Shown here: positions 28,591 to 38,991 of the stretch, piece after piece
How the letters are laid out: each line of letters begins with the position of its first letter
How positions within the stretch are numbered: position 1 is the stretch's first letter
NCBI GenBank assembly: GCA_048939015.1
Contig: JBHLPW010000041.1
Span: forward strand, 1 to 50,532
DNA: 50,532 nt
From: Promethearchaeota archaeon
GTDB lineage: Archaea; Asgardarchaeota; Lokiarchaeia; Sigyniarchaeales; SOKP01
Reading direction: 5' to 3'
Notes under the pieces: model-generated
What the model was told of the DNA's origin: nothing
Seen by the model: only the letters and a program-made list of their open reading frames with translations
Database searches by the model: none
Made by a program: the position numbers and the translations under genes

Positions 28591-29124
28591 TTACAGCTTT
28601 TCTATTACGGAAAGAGCAAATTTCTTTGCATTTTCTAGATCTTCTTCGTTTGGATGTCCTTTTACATATTTTAGATATGTTTCTTCCGCTTCCTTCCTTT
28701 CTTCAGGCGAAAGTCTAGAATACATTGCCTCTCTCTGCTCCTGCGCTTTAGGAACTAAATTTTCACCACAACAATCAAACTCACCTAATACCTCACAATT
28801 CTGTTTAAAAATTACATCATTTACAGAGTTAAACGCTTTCGGCCAGGGAGTTGAGCTTTCATGTGTGTAAAAATAGGCAAATTTTGAGGGAAGTTGTGGA
28901 GTCTTTTTTATCAGGCTAGTAATTTTTCGGCTTACATTAAAACCATAAGTACCTGATCCCAAAAAGGTCAGATCATAGGATGAAAGTGTATTTGGATCTA
29001 CCTCTTTTACCGGGAAAAGATCAACTTCATGTTTTTTTAATGCCTCTTTAATTGCTTTTGCAACTTTTTCTGTATTGCCAGTTCCAGTATAATAAGTTAC
29101 TAAAATTTTCATATAAAATACCAT
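28591..29124 (-). CDS. Flavodoxin family protein
   Basis: YYTGTGNTEKVAKAI FMN-binding loop, FLGSGTYG, HPNEEDLENAKKFA. Confidence 0.9.
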   Translation of the reverse strand: MVFYMKILVTYYTGTGNTEKVAKAIKEALKKHEVDLFPVKEVDPNTLSSYDLTFLGSGTYGFNVSRKITSLIKKTPQLPSKFAYFYTHESSTPWPKAFNSVNDVIFKQNCEVLGEFDCCGENLVPKAQEQREAMYSRLSPEERKEAEETYLKYVKGHPNEEDLENAKKFALSVIEKL

Positions 29125-29180
29125 TATTGAGATTTTTTTATTAAGAAATGAACTTTCATAAAAGAATATTATTCAAAAAT

Positions 29181-30119
29181 TTATTTTGCGATTTCAAGAT
29201 TAAAAAATTGTATAGCATTCTCTACAGTTTTTTCGCTAACAGTTTTTTGAGAAATTTCATGGGTGTGAGCAATAGCTGCTATTGAATATCTTACATTTGA
29301 AGGTACATTTATAGGCCCTCTCTTATAAGGATGTTGATAATAAGAATCAGTTTCAGTTAACAATGATTCTAAAGGTGAAAATTTGGTAACCTTTCGCCAT
29401 CTATTGAAACCATATGCAGAACTTGGTACAGAAAGCTTAAATCCTTGATTTGGTAAAGTTTTTCCATATTCTTCTGGTCCTGAGAAGCAATGCCATAAAA
29501 CTCGATGAGGATCTATTTTAAATTCATTTAAAATGTTGAGAATTTCTTTATTTACTCCATCACTTTTATTGAACCTATGTTTTGGATTTTCCCTATCTAA
29601 TTCGTGTTCAGCGGCATTACGAACATGTAAAATATATGGTTTATCTAAGTCCTTTGTCAATTCGAATATTTTTCTTAAAACTTCAATTTGCTTATTTCGT
29701 TTGTCTAAGGTTTTAGCATGATGAAAATCTAATCCAATCTCTCCAATTCCAAGGTATTTCTTAGGGTTGTTTAGGATAAAATCAATCCATTTTTTCCATT
29801 CTAATTCATATTTTTGTTTTGGTGTGTAAGTAACTGTTTGTGGAGCCCAACCGCATGTAAAACCAAAGTTTTTATCAAACTTTTTCATAAAATTTAACGT
29901 CAAATTTAAGGTCTGCATGTCTATAGTACTGGTGATTAAATATAGACCCCCCATTTTAAAATAATCAAAATATTGGTCTTTATCAGTTGGTAATTGATCA
30001 TTCTTTGGACGAAAAAAAGGTAAATGACAATGAGCATCAATGAAATTTAAGCCAGATTGTGGTTCTGGAACAATTAATTTTTTAGTCATTGCTAAGTTAG
30101 GGGAGATTTGGTTAACCAA
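29181..30119 (-). CDS. tatD: TatD family metallohydrolase/DNase
   Basis: DAHCHL, GIGEIGLD, LHVR, WHCFSG, LTETDS. Confidence 0.9.
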   Translation of the reverse strand: MVNQISPNLAMTKKLIVPEPQSGLNFIDAHCHLPFFRPKNDQLPTDKDQYFDYFKMGGLYLITSTIDMQTLNLTLNFMKKFDKNFGFTCGWAPQTVTYTPKQKYELEWKKWIDFILNNPKKYLGIGEIGLDFHHAKTLDKRNKQIEVLRKIFELTKDLDKPYILHVRNAAEHELDRENPKHRFNKSDGVNKEILNILNEFKIDPHRVLWHCFSGPEEYGKTLPNQGFKLSVPSSAYGFNRWRKVTKFSPLESLLTETDSYYQHPYKRGPINVPSNVRYSIAAIAHTHEISQKTVSEKTVENAIQFFNLEIAK

Positions 30120-30193
30120 AATTTTGATTAGTTAAATTTTTAAATAAATTGTGGTATTAAGATTTTATCAAATCACTAAATTTTGAACTTAAA

Positions 30194-31102
30194 ATGACAT
30201 TGAATACCGAAAAAGGAGGAAATAAAAAATTTTTAAGTATTATTATTGGATTTGCAGTTTCACTAACAATTTTCATTGTAATCTACATATTATCACTACT
30301 GCAAAAGGGTTGGGTATATGAAAATTTAATACCTCGCGAATATGTTAAATATTTCGTATTTATATTACCTGGCGAGTTATGGACAGATACTATTTTGCTA
30401 TATTTATTCCCATTGGCAATCTATGGTTTATTTCATATAATAGCTCCCTATACAACATTATTCTTCCTAAAATTACATCGAATCTTCTATAGGTCAAAAA
30501 AGCGTTTTCACTATGGCATTGTAAAATTAGGACATCAAGTAAAACCATTTATGCTATTTCGTAGATCTGTTATTGTTAGTCTATTTGCCTTTAGTGTTAG
30601 TGCCCTTATTGTCCAAGCAGGGTTAGGATCACTATTTAGAGTAGGGATGATGGAAGATTCTGCTTTAAATGAAGCAGAAGCAATATTTTTAGGAACATTT
30701 ATTATAATACCTATTGTATTATTGATATTTCTGCCATTATGGTTATTAGAAGATTCTGGTATTGTAATCTGTAAATTATATGCGGATAGACGTAGACCAC
30801 CTCTTATAGAAGGGACTCACGCGCCTTTTGTTAATGTCCTCCAAGGTTATGCTGGAATTTCGACAGTTATAATTCTTGTAACTTATATCGTACGAACGCT
30901 TGCTGAATCTGTAGGTCCATCAATATTGACTCCAATTATTATGATAGTACTCCCGTTTTTTATAACAGGGCTTATCTCATTCGCTGTTTATGCATATGAA
31001 AAAAATATCCCTAAGCTTATCGGAAAAATTCAACCCCATTTAACCAAGTTAAATATATATGAGATAGAAATCCCTACATTCGATGAAATGAAAAGAAATT
31101 AG
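30194..31102 (+). CDS. Hypothetical multi-pass membrane protein
   Basis: About six hydrophobic helices; PLWLLEDSGIV motif. Confidence 0.7.
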   Translation: MTLNTEKGGNKKFLSIIIGFAVSLTIFIVIYILSLLQKGWVYENLIPREYVKYFVFILPGELWTDTILLYLFPLAIYGLFHIIAPYTTLFFLKLHRIFYRSKKRFHYGIVKLGHQVKPFMLFRRSVIVSLFAFSVSALIVQAGLGSLFRVGMMEDSALNEAEAIFLGTFIIIPIVLLIFLPLWLLEDSGIVICKLYADRRRPPLIEGTHAPFVNVLQGYAGISTVIILVTYIVRTLAESVGPSILTPIIMIVLPFFITGLISFAVYAYEKNIPKLIGKIQPHLTKLNIYEIEIPTFDEMKRN

Positions 31103-31205
31103 GAACAAAACCAATTTAAATCTTTTTTTTTTAATTTTAAACCTAATATGAAATATACTGAATTGTATCTAACTCTTTAAATAAAGTCCTTTATTACTGA
31201 CTATT

Positions 31206-31619
31206 ATGAGTAATCAATTAAAAGATAGATTGAAAGAATTAGAATCAAAAAAGAAGGAATTGCAGCCCAAAATCGATGAAATTAATGCAAAAAGGGAAAA
31301 AGAAATCCAAACTATTAATAAGAAATATGATCATTTGATATATGATGTCAATTACACAGCTCAACAATTAGAGGATGAATTTTATAACGATTTAATTAAA
31401 TCCTTTGCGCAAATTGTTACAAGAGAATTCGATTTAAAACGAAGTTCAGATATTTATGAGGTTTCAGATGAATTCAAGGATTATAGAGAGTCTATTGCTC
31501 AATTTGATATATTTCCAGAAGAATTAGTAAATAAATTACATAGAGTAATAAATGGAGACCCAATTGAAAACATTATGTACGAACTTGATAATATTCAAAA
31601 AAAATATAGAAGACCTTAG
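31206..31619 (+). CDS. Hypothetical protein with N-terminal coiled coil
   Basis: Heptad-rich charged N-terminal half; no family recognised. Confidence 0.7.
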   Translation: MSNQLKDRLKELESKKKELQPKIDEINAKREKEIQTINKKYDHLIYDVNYTAQQLEDEFYNDLIKSFAQIVTREFDLKRSSDIYEVSDEFKDYRESIAQFDIFPEELVNKLHRVINGDPIENIMYELDNIQKKYRRP

Positions 31620-31750
31620 ATTTTACTACTTTCTAAAATAATATTAAAATTTTTACAATTTTTTAAGGTAATATTTAGATAATACTCAGATAAATATGTA
31701 TTATTTACCCTTTTGGAGTATAGTGGAACTATAACTAAAGTAAGTTTAAA

Positions 31751-31894
31751 ATGGAATTATTCGAAGAGGAAGTAGAGATATATAACTCTAAAATGCGGCA
31801 ATTAAATTGGCTATATGATGAGTTAAGACTCCAACCAGAGATTTTAAAAGATATCCTCAACGAAAAAGGTCAAAAATTACCATTGAATTTATAG
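31751..31894 (+). CDS. Candidate 47-aa helical microprotein (not in ORF track)
   Basis: MELFEEEVEIYNSKMRQLNWLYDELRLQPEILKDILNEKGQKLPLNL*. Protein-like composition; TTTAAA directly before the ATG; T tract after the stop; overlaps the 3' end of convergent pcp. Confidence 0.5.
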   Translation: MELFEEEVEIYNSKMRQLNWLYDELRLQPEILKDILNEKGQKLPLNL

Positions 31895-32454
31895 TTTTTT
31901 TTAAAATGTGCTTTAATTATTGCCATAATTATAACTTTTATCAATTTGATACTTTCTATTACATTACCTTCCGCAGGAATGTGAATAAAAATAACAGGAT
32001 ACTCTCCTTTTGAAATAGATAAAGCCCAATAATATAGATAATTACATATGTATGATCCAGCATAATTGGAGATAATTAATCGTGATTTATCTTTTACTGC
32101 AGAATAAACTTCATGTGTGTTTATAATTGTTTTAATCAATGGGCGAGAACATAATTTTATAAATCCAAATTTAAATTTTCCTTCAATATCTTCTCCAATT
32201 TTAAAATTCCACCCAAATTTTTCTAAAGCATATTTTTTATCATCATGAATACCAAGTAAAACCACTAAATCAGGTTTAGAATTTGTTTCTATTAGTAAAT
32301 TTTGATACAAATCTATACTGCGTTTCCAACTTACAGGTAATATTTCTTTCTTGAGTTGGACGTTTTGAATTCCTAAAGATAAATCTTTAACAATTTCACT
32401 GGTTAAATTCACAAGATGTCCCTTAAACGGTCCAAAACCAGTTAATAGTATCAA
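31870..32454 (-). CDS. pcp: Pyroglutamyl-peptidase I
   Basis: ILLTGFGPF, LPVSW, SNYAGSYICNYLYY, FIHIP. Confidence 0.88.
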   Translation of the reverse strand: MILLTGFGPFKGHLVNLTSEIVKDLSLGIQNVQLKKEILPVSWKRSIDLYQNLLIETNSKPDLVVLLGIHDDKKYALEKFGWNFKIGEDIEGKFKFGFIKLCSRPLIKTIINTHEVYSAVKDKSRLIISNYAGSYICNYLYYWALSISKGEYPVIFIHIPAEGNVIESIKLIKVIIMAIIKAHFKKNYKFNGNF

Positions 32455-32529
32455 ATTTTAATAAAGTAAATTAATTTTCAATAAAAAATTAAAAAAATAT
32501 TTAGAAAGAATTATACATAGTAATTTGAT

Positions 32530-32961
32530 TTAATCTTCTGCTGCGGCTGCTGCGGCTGCTTTAGCTTGCTCTTTCTCAATAGCAGCGATCTGTTTTTCTA
32601 AACCTTTGATTTCACTTTGGATTTGTTTAATCGTAGATTTTTTATCATTCTCGATTTCTTTTAACTTGCTATTTAAAGCCTTTTCTTTTTCACTTTTTAA
32701 TTGAGAAAGAGTTTTACTAGCAGTTTTAGCAGCAGCTATTTTTTCTTTCTTTTTCGCGGTCCATTCTTCAGCTTTTTGTATCGCTTCATCACGTAATTTT
32801 TCTTCCTCCTCAAGTTTTGCTTGAGTTTCTTCTATTTTAGGATCATATTCCTCCTCAACCTCTGCTTCTGCTGAAGCTTCCTTTTTTGAAGCATCTTCCT
32901 CTATACGAGTGATTTCATCTTCCTTGGCACTAATTTGGCCTCTTATATTTTCTATAGACAT
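32530..32961 (-). CDS. All-coiled-coil hypothetical protein with poly-Ala tail
   Basis: E/K/A-rich heptads throughout, ending AKAAAAAAAED. Confidence 0.75.
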   Translation of the reverse strand: MSIENIRGQISAKEDEITRIEEDASKKEASAEAEVEEEYDPKIEETQAKLEEEEKLRDEAIQKAEEWTAKKKEKIAAAKTASKTLSQLKSEKEKALNSKLKEIENDKKSTIKQIQSEIKGLEKQIAAIEKEQAKAAAAAAAED

Positions 32962-33086
32962 ATTTTATCAAATCTTAATACTTTTAGTTACTTTTTTTGT
33001 TTAATATTTTTGTAAAATTTTCAAATCTTTTAAATTTTAAGCTTGTTAAAGTAGTTTTAAGATAATTAACTTTTTAAACTTTATAT

Positions 33087-33116
33087 AACGCATCCTACAA
33101 GAAGAGTAGAAGCGTT
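33087..33116 (-). terminator. GC-rich hairpin downstream of the DUF6125-like gene
   Basis: AACGCUUCUAC-[UCUUCUU]-GUAGGA(U)GCGUU, an 11-bp stem about 35 nt after the stop. Confidence 0.4.
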
Positions 33117-33151
33117 TTCTTCGTATTTAATTTAGAAAACTATTACAGAAA

Positions 33152-33670
33152 TTAGCTTTCTACTAAAGTAAATTCCCAAGCACACCAGTAATCTTCTGGA
33201 TGTTTACCTGGAGGACATGCAATGCATTTAGTTTCTATTCGTGGATCTACAGCTTTAGCAAATAAACCATATTCTACTACGCCAACTTGTTTGCAAGGAA
33301 AATCTGGAAGGCCTCTACGTTTTCTAGCAGATTGTACACGGCAATCATTCATCCTGAAAATACATCTATTATCCGAGACCTCAATAACTTCTTGCTTGTT
33401 TAAATTTGCATACACTCTATACTTTAAAGCCTTTATAAGAGCTGGAATACCTCCATTTTCCGGAATTTTGAAACGATTCATGATTCTTTTTGCTTCTATA
33501 ACTGTAAACCTTACCCATTGTTTTACATCTAAATCTATAGCTTTATCAAGCCCATATTCTTTTTCAACAACTTGAAACCATGTACCATCAATAGCTAACC
33601 AGTTCTTAGAAAGATCTTCGATATAATTTAATAATTCTTTTCTTGTGAGTGATTCCAAGTCTTCTCTCAT
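33152..33670 (-). CDS. DUF6125-like protein (V4R/HNOX-related fold, metal-binding)
   Basis: KNWLAIDGTWF, CRVQSARKRRGLPDFPCK, CIACPP, WCAWEF. Confidence 0.78.
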   Translation of the reverse strand: MREDLESLTRKELLNYIEDLSKNWLAIDGTWFQVVEKEYGLDKAIDLDVKQWVRFTVIEAKRIMNRFKIPENGGIPALIKALKYRVYANLNKQEVIEVSDNRCIFRMNDCRVQSARKRRGLPDFPCKQVGVVEYGLFAKAVDPRIETKCIACPPGKHPEDYWCAWEFTLVES

Positions 33671-33907
33671 ATCCTAGTCTCCCTAAGTATTTTCTGATTT
33701 TAAATAGAGAAAGAATTTTTCGATTATATCTTTTATTGATTTTTTTTGAGGAAATTTGCCTAACTACACGAAAGTTAATGAAACATTCGGCGAGTTTTAA
33801 AAATAATTATTATTTTTTTTATGAAATATTTATATATAAAGTTAATAAATTGTAATTTAAAGAAAGTTTAAGAAAACCAATGAGAATCTTTAAAAATCAA
33901 TAGAAAG

Positions 33908-36148
33908 ATGTCTTTTGATAAGAAGCATTTACTTAAATTCACTTTCCTATGTTTCTTAATTGTTTTAACCAATTTTAATCTAGTGTTAAATCATTATTTT
34001 AATAAATGTCATAATCGAAGTGTGGAAAACCAAGATAAAATTAATGTGTTTATTTCAGATTTTTTTAGAATTAATCCAATTAGAATCAATGAATTAGGAG
34101 TGTATACTTGGGCAGATGCGGTAAGTGAATCTTGGTGTACTGGTTTAGGAACTAAGAGTGACCCGTATATTATTAAAAATTTGGTAATTGATGGTGATAA
34201 CCAAGATAGCTGCATTAGTATAATGAATTCTAATGTTTTTTTTAGGATTGAAAACTGTACTCTTTTTAATTCTGCTAAAGGGGTTAATGCAGGGATCTTT
34301 TTAACTAATGTAAATAATGGAGAGTTGAAAAACAATAACTGTTCTTTTAATAATGGGGAAGGAATTATTCTTTTAACAAGTAACAAAATTAGTGTTTCAC
34401 GAAACATCATCAATTCCAATAAGGGTCATGGTATGTCTTTAACCATGAGCCATAGTAATACTATATTCAGAAATAATGTAAGTAATAATTATTTTGGTAT
34501 TTGGATTGAATTGAGTAATAATAACTCTGTTTTTGATGATAATTTTAATGGCAATAGTAAATCTGGCATAATATTAACAGATTGTATTAATAACAATATT
34601 TCAGGGAATGGTGTTCACAATAATATTCAACAAGGGCTTTATATTATTAATTCTAATAAAAATTTAATAATTGGTAATAACATAGCTAATAATCTTAATG
34701 ATGGAATATATTTAGAGAAAAGTAATAACCAATCAATATTTAAAAATACATTAGATAATTGTACATATGGGATCTCGTTAATGAATAGTTATAATAATAG
34801 TCTTGGGGAGAACTTTATTTACAGATGCGGATTAAGGATCTCTGAATCCTCAATTGAAAAAATGTCTTCTAATAATATTGGAATTACAAATTTAGTTAAT
34901 GAGAAAAAAATATACTTTTATAAAAATGAAAACAACCTACGTACCAAGAATTTTTCAAATGCAGGACAGATTTTATTGGTCAATTGTAATAATACATTGA
35001 TTTCAAATACCAATACTTCTCAGGTTTCAATAGGAATTTCATTATACTATTGTAATAACAATACGATTTTAGATTCTGTTGTTTCAAATAACATTGAATT
35101 TGGAATTTATTTATTCCATAGTAACCAGATTGCAATTTTGGCAAATAATTTAAGCAGCAATAAAATAGGAATCTGTTTATTGAAGTGTAAAAATATTTCA
35201 CTTTATTCAAATTCAATGAGATATTGCGGAATCAAATTACTTGAATCTTCGATCGAAGAAATGACTTCTCATAATATTGATAATACTAACCTAATTAACC
35301 AAAAACCTGTATATTATTTTAGTAGTATATCTAATTTGCAACCAAATAACTTTTTGAACGCAGGTCAAATAATTTTAATCAATTGTTCTAATTCATGGGT
35401 ATCAAATGTTAATATTTCTTTTAGTTCGATTGGAATTTCTTTATTTTATTGTACTAATGGTTTGATATCAAATTGCATCGCTACATATAACAATGATAAT
35501 GGTATTTATGTATCAATTTGCCAGAACATCACAATATCTAGAAATGAAATAATTCATAATGGTAAGTTAGGAATTGGATTGATTAATAGTAGTGATAATA
35601 TAGTTGTAGATAATTTGATAACAAATAATACTCTATACGGACTCTTTTTAACTAATTCAGAATCAACTAATAATTTAATCTATAAAAATAAATTTATTGG
35701 GAATCATATGAACGCTAGAGATGATGGAATTGGTAATAGATGGGATAATGATATAATTGGTAACTATTGGGACGACTATCAAGGTATGGACGCGAATGAT
35801 AATGGTATTGGAGATATTCCATATTTTATTGAGGGTACAGCTGAAAGTCAAGATAATTTTCCAATCTGGAATGATGGACCTGACCCTAATATCTTTTTTT
35901 TTATTATAGTAGGAATGATCATTTCAGTTGTAAGTTTATCAACAATTTCAGTGGGTTTCGTAATTCGGAAAAGAATTTTGAAAGCAAGACAAAAGGGTAC
36001 ACGAATTTGTATAGTATGTAGAGGTTTAATCTCAGGTAATATTTATTTATGCCCAAAATGTCAAGCTTTTTATTGTGAAAGATGTGCTTCAGTTCTAAAG
36101 GAGAATGATGATAAGTGTTGGTCATGTGATAGTGAAATAAATTTTTAG
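33908..36148 (+). CDS. Receptor-like protein: beta-helix ectodomain, single TM, cytoplasmic C8 RING-like zinc finger
   Basis: Signal/TM; TW..WCTGLGT..DPYII cap; Asn-rich coils; GNYWDDY cap; TM; C-x2-C-x10-C-x2-C-x4-C-x2-C-x10-C-x2-C. Confidence 0.82.
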   Translation: MSFDKKHLLKFTFLCFLIVLTNFNLVLNHYFNKCHNRSVENQDKINVFISDFFRINPIRINELGVYTWADAVSESWCTGLGTKSDPYIIKNLVIDGDNQDSCISIMNSNVFFRIENCTLFNSAKGVNAGIFLTNVNNGELKNNNCSFNNGEGIILLTSNKISVSRNIINSNKGHGMSLTMSHSNTIFRNNVSNNYFGIWIELSNNNSVFDDNFNGNSKSGIILTDCINNNISGNGVHNNIQQGLYIINSNKNLIIGNNIANNLNDGIYLEKSNNQSIFKNTLDNCTYGISLMNSYNNSLGENFIYRCGLRISESSIEKMSSNNIGITNLVNEKKIYFYKNENNLRTKNFSNAGQILLVNCNNTLISNTNTSQVSIGISLYYCNNNTILDSVVSNNIEFGIYLFHSNQIAILANNLSSNKIGICLLKCKNISLYSNSMRYCGIKLLESSIEEMTSHNIDNTNLINQKPVYYFSSISNLQPNNFLNAGQIILINCSNSWVSNVNISFSSIGISLFYCTNGLISNCIATYNNDNGIYVSICQNITISRNEIIHNGKLGIGLINSSDNIVVDNLITNNTLYGLFLTNSESTNNLIYKNKFIGNHMNARDDGIGNRWDNDIIGNYWDDYQGMDANDNGIGDIPYFIEGTAESQDNFPIWNDGPDPNIFFFIIVGMIISVVSLSTISVGFVIRKRILKARQKGTRICIVCRGLISGNIYLCPKCQAFYCERCASVLKENDDKCWSCDSEINF

Positions 36149-36256
36149 GTTTTTATCTACTAAACATTTAATTAAATTCTAAAAAATTATTGAAGATAAG
36201 GTTTAAGTAAGCGATACACATAATTTATTAATAAGAAAACCAATCTTTACAGATAT

Positions 36257-38911
36257 GTGAAAAAATCATTGAGATTACATAATAGACTTGCAATCTACTT
36301 TATGCTCATTATTTCAATTTTCATAATCTTACATATTACTCATCATCTCAATAGCTTCTCGCTAAAAGAAATTACAAAATATGAATTATATGATGATAGA
36401 AAAGATGATGATCTACAACCAATCATATCTCAATATACACCTCTTTTTCCATTTGTAATTGATGATCATGGGGGAGGAGATTATACATGGACACAAGTCG
36501 TTCAAGAAGCATGGTGTAATGGTTCTGGAACTTTCTATGACCCTTATATAATTAAAGAAATACAGATTAATGGCTTTGGTATGGCTAGTTGTATTACAAT
36601 CAAAAATTCTGATGTATATTTCAAGATAGAAAAGAGTATATTTTATAATTCTGGAACAAGTTTGGAAGCAGGAATCTATTTGATTAACACTAATAAAGGA
36701 GAAATATTGAAAAACAATATTACTGATAATAACGGCTATGGAATATATGTAGAGCATAGTAATAATATTACAATATCAGAAAATAAAATTATTAGAACAA
36801 CGCAGGACGGGATTAAATTGTATAATAGTTCACTAAATTCAATTCTAAGAAATAATATAGCTCAGAGTAAAGGAAGTGGAATATATCTTATTCTTACATG
36901 TAGTCATAATCTAATAGATAGAAACATTTTGTATAATAATACATACAGAGGGATTAAAATATTAGGTAGCTGTAATTATAATAATGTAACAAGAAATTCA
37001 GTAGTTAAAAATCAATGGTCTGGTATGGATTTTTGGGGCAGTAATTATAATATAATATCAGAAAACAATGTCACTCAAAACATAGATACTGGATTGATAA
37101 TATCGTATTGCCCTTATAATAATCTTTCCTATAACCTTGTAGAAAATAATAGTCAATGGGGAATTTTTTTATCCCAATGTGATGATCTTTGCATAAAAGG
37201 AAATGAAGTTAGAAATCACAATATGGGGGGTATAGTATTACTTCAATGCAATAATGATACCATTTATGACAATACTATTTTTAATTCAAATATCGGAATC
37301 GGTGTTTTAGATTGTGAAGACATGGTGGTTTCTAGGAATATTGCAGCAAATAATAGTCTTAATGGTATAGAATTAGAAGAATCTAATTATACCATCATTT
37401 CTAAGAATATTGCAATAAATAATAGTGGTATAGGTATATCTCTAAAAAATTCTTATAATAATCATATCTCCGAAAATTCTTTGAATTATAACGGAGACAT
37501 TGGTTTAAAATTAGAAAATTGTAAAAAAAATGAAATTTTAGATAATCGAGTAAATTTCAACTTCATTGGAATAGTTTTAGAGATGTGTACTAACCAATTG
37601 ATTACAGAGAATAATGCATCTCATAATTATGGAGGTTTAGGTCTAATGACCTCTGATAATAATATCATTTCCAATAATAATTTTAATAAGAATGAAGCGG
37701 GGATAAGCTTAGGTAATAACAGCGACTATAACGAAATATATGGAAACCACATGGAGTTCAATTCATATGCTGGTATAACAGTGTCTGAAAGCTTTTATAA
37801 TATTATCTCAGATAATTTTTTAGAATCCAATGATTATGGAATAAGTTCAATTTATAGTGAAAGAAATGAATTCTCAGAAAACTATATTAGAGCTAATAAT
37901 AATTCAGGGGTATTTTTTACATGGAGTCACAATAATAAAGTATTCCATAATTTAATAATGCAAAATGAGATTTGTGGAATAAAAATCCTAATAAGTAATA
38001 ATAATACTGTAAAACTCAATCTTGTGAATAATAATTCCAATAAAGGTTTGATACTAGACTGTAGCGATTTTAATAAAATTTTAGATAATAATATAACCAA
38101 CAACAAAAATGATGGATTGATATTATTTAATTCTCAAAATAGTACAATCTACCACAATAATTTTCATAATAATACTCATATTGGTTTATCATTGGATAAT
38201 TCGTCAGGATCAAACCTTATTTATGATAATTGTTTTATAGGGAATGGGGTAAATGCCTGGGATGATGGCATAAATAACTTATGGAATAATGAAACTGTTG
38301 GTAACTATTGGGATGATTATCTAGGTGTTGATGCAAATAATAATAATATTGGAGATCAGCCTTATTTAATTCCAGGATTAGCGGAAAGCCAAGATAATTT
38401 TCCTCTTGTATTCTGTAGAGCAAGACCCCTCAAGGTTCCCCATCCCTTTAATTATTTACCACTTATTATTACAATAATTTTATCAGTAATTATTGGATCC
38501 TTGGTTACCTATGGTTCTACAATAACAATTAGAAGAAGAATCCTTAAAACCAAATATAAAAAAATCTTTCATGAGGAAGTTGATGAGATAGATGATGATG
38601 TTTTTGAGATTTCAGAATCAGAATTAACAGTTCCTCCAACTCCTACTATTGACGATCAATCACAGAAATTTACAAGTTTACCTCCTACAGAGGAAATTGT
38701 AAGCCCGCAAGAAGTTGAAGAAGTTGAACAAATTGAATCTGAAGTGCAAGTTGAGATAGAAAAGTTCACTTGTATCATACATAAAGGAAAAATAACGGGT
38801 TCCCTATATCTATGTCCTAAATGTAAGACTTATTATTGCATGAATTGTGCTACAGATTTGAAGAAAAAAGGTCAAAAATGTATTAAATGTAATAAGAAAA
38901 TAAAAATATAG
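36257..38911 (+). CDS. Receptor-like protein: beta-helix ectodomain, single TM, acidic linker, RING-like zinc finger
   Basis: Same caps; TM followed by IRRRILK; E/P/T-rich linker; C-x2-H-x10-C-x2-C-x4-C-x2-C-x10-C-x2-C. Confidence 0.82.
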   Translation: MKKSLRLHNRLAIYFMLIISIFIILHITHHLNSFSLKEITKYELYDDRKDDDLQPIISQYTPLFPFVIDDHGGGDYTWTQVVQEAWCNGSGTFYDPYIIKEIQINGFGMASCITIKNSDVYFKIEKSIFYNSGTSLEAGIYLINTNKGEILKNNITDNNGYGIYVEHSNNITISENKIIRTTQDGIKLYNSSLNSILRNNIAQSKGSGIYLILTCSHNLIDRNILYNNTYRGIKILGSCNYNNVTRNSVVKNQWSGMDFWGSNYNIISENNVTQNIDTGLIISYCPYNNLSYNLVENNSQWGIFLSQCDDLCIKGNEVRNHNMGGIVLLQCNNDTIYDNTIFNSNIGIGVLDCEDMVVSRNIAANNSLNGIELEESNYTIISKNIAINNSGIGISLKNSYNNHISENSLNYNGDIGLKLENCKKNEILDNRVNFNFIGIVLEMCTNQLITENNASHNYGGLGLMTSDNNIISNNNFNKNEAGISLGNNSDYNEIYGNHMEFNSYAGITVSESFYNIISDNFLESNDYGISSIYSERNEFSENYIRANNNSGVFFTWSHNNKVFHNLIMQNEICGIKILISNNNTVKLNLVNNNSNKGLILDCSDFNKILDNNITNNKNDGLILFNSQNSTIYHNNFHNNTHIGLSLDNSSGSNLIYDNCFIGNGVNAWDDGINNLWNNETVGNYWDDYLGVDANNNNIGDQPYLIPGLAESQDNFPLVFCRARPLKVPHPFNYLPLIITIILSVIIGSLVTYGSTITIRRRILKTKYKKIFHEEVDEIDDDVFEISESELTVPPTPTIDDQSQKFTSLPPTEEIVSPQEVEEVEQIESEVQVEIEKFTCIIHKGKITGSLYLCPKCKTYYCMNCATDLKKKGQKCIKCNKKIKI

Positions 38912-38991
38912 GATTTCACTTTATAACTGACAAAAATGTTTAAAAGAGTTTTATGATAATAATAACTCGTTTTAAAATATGAAAATTTTGG

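Noticed and set aside
31206-32961. Paralogy between the two coiled-coil proteins (both have YDxxI near residue 40)
   Set aside because: The similarity is explainable by low-complexity heptad composition.
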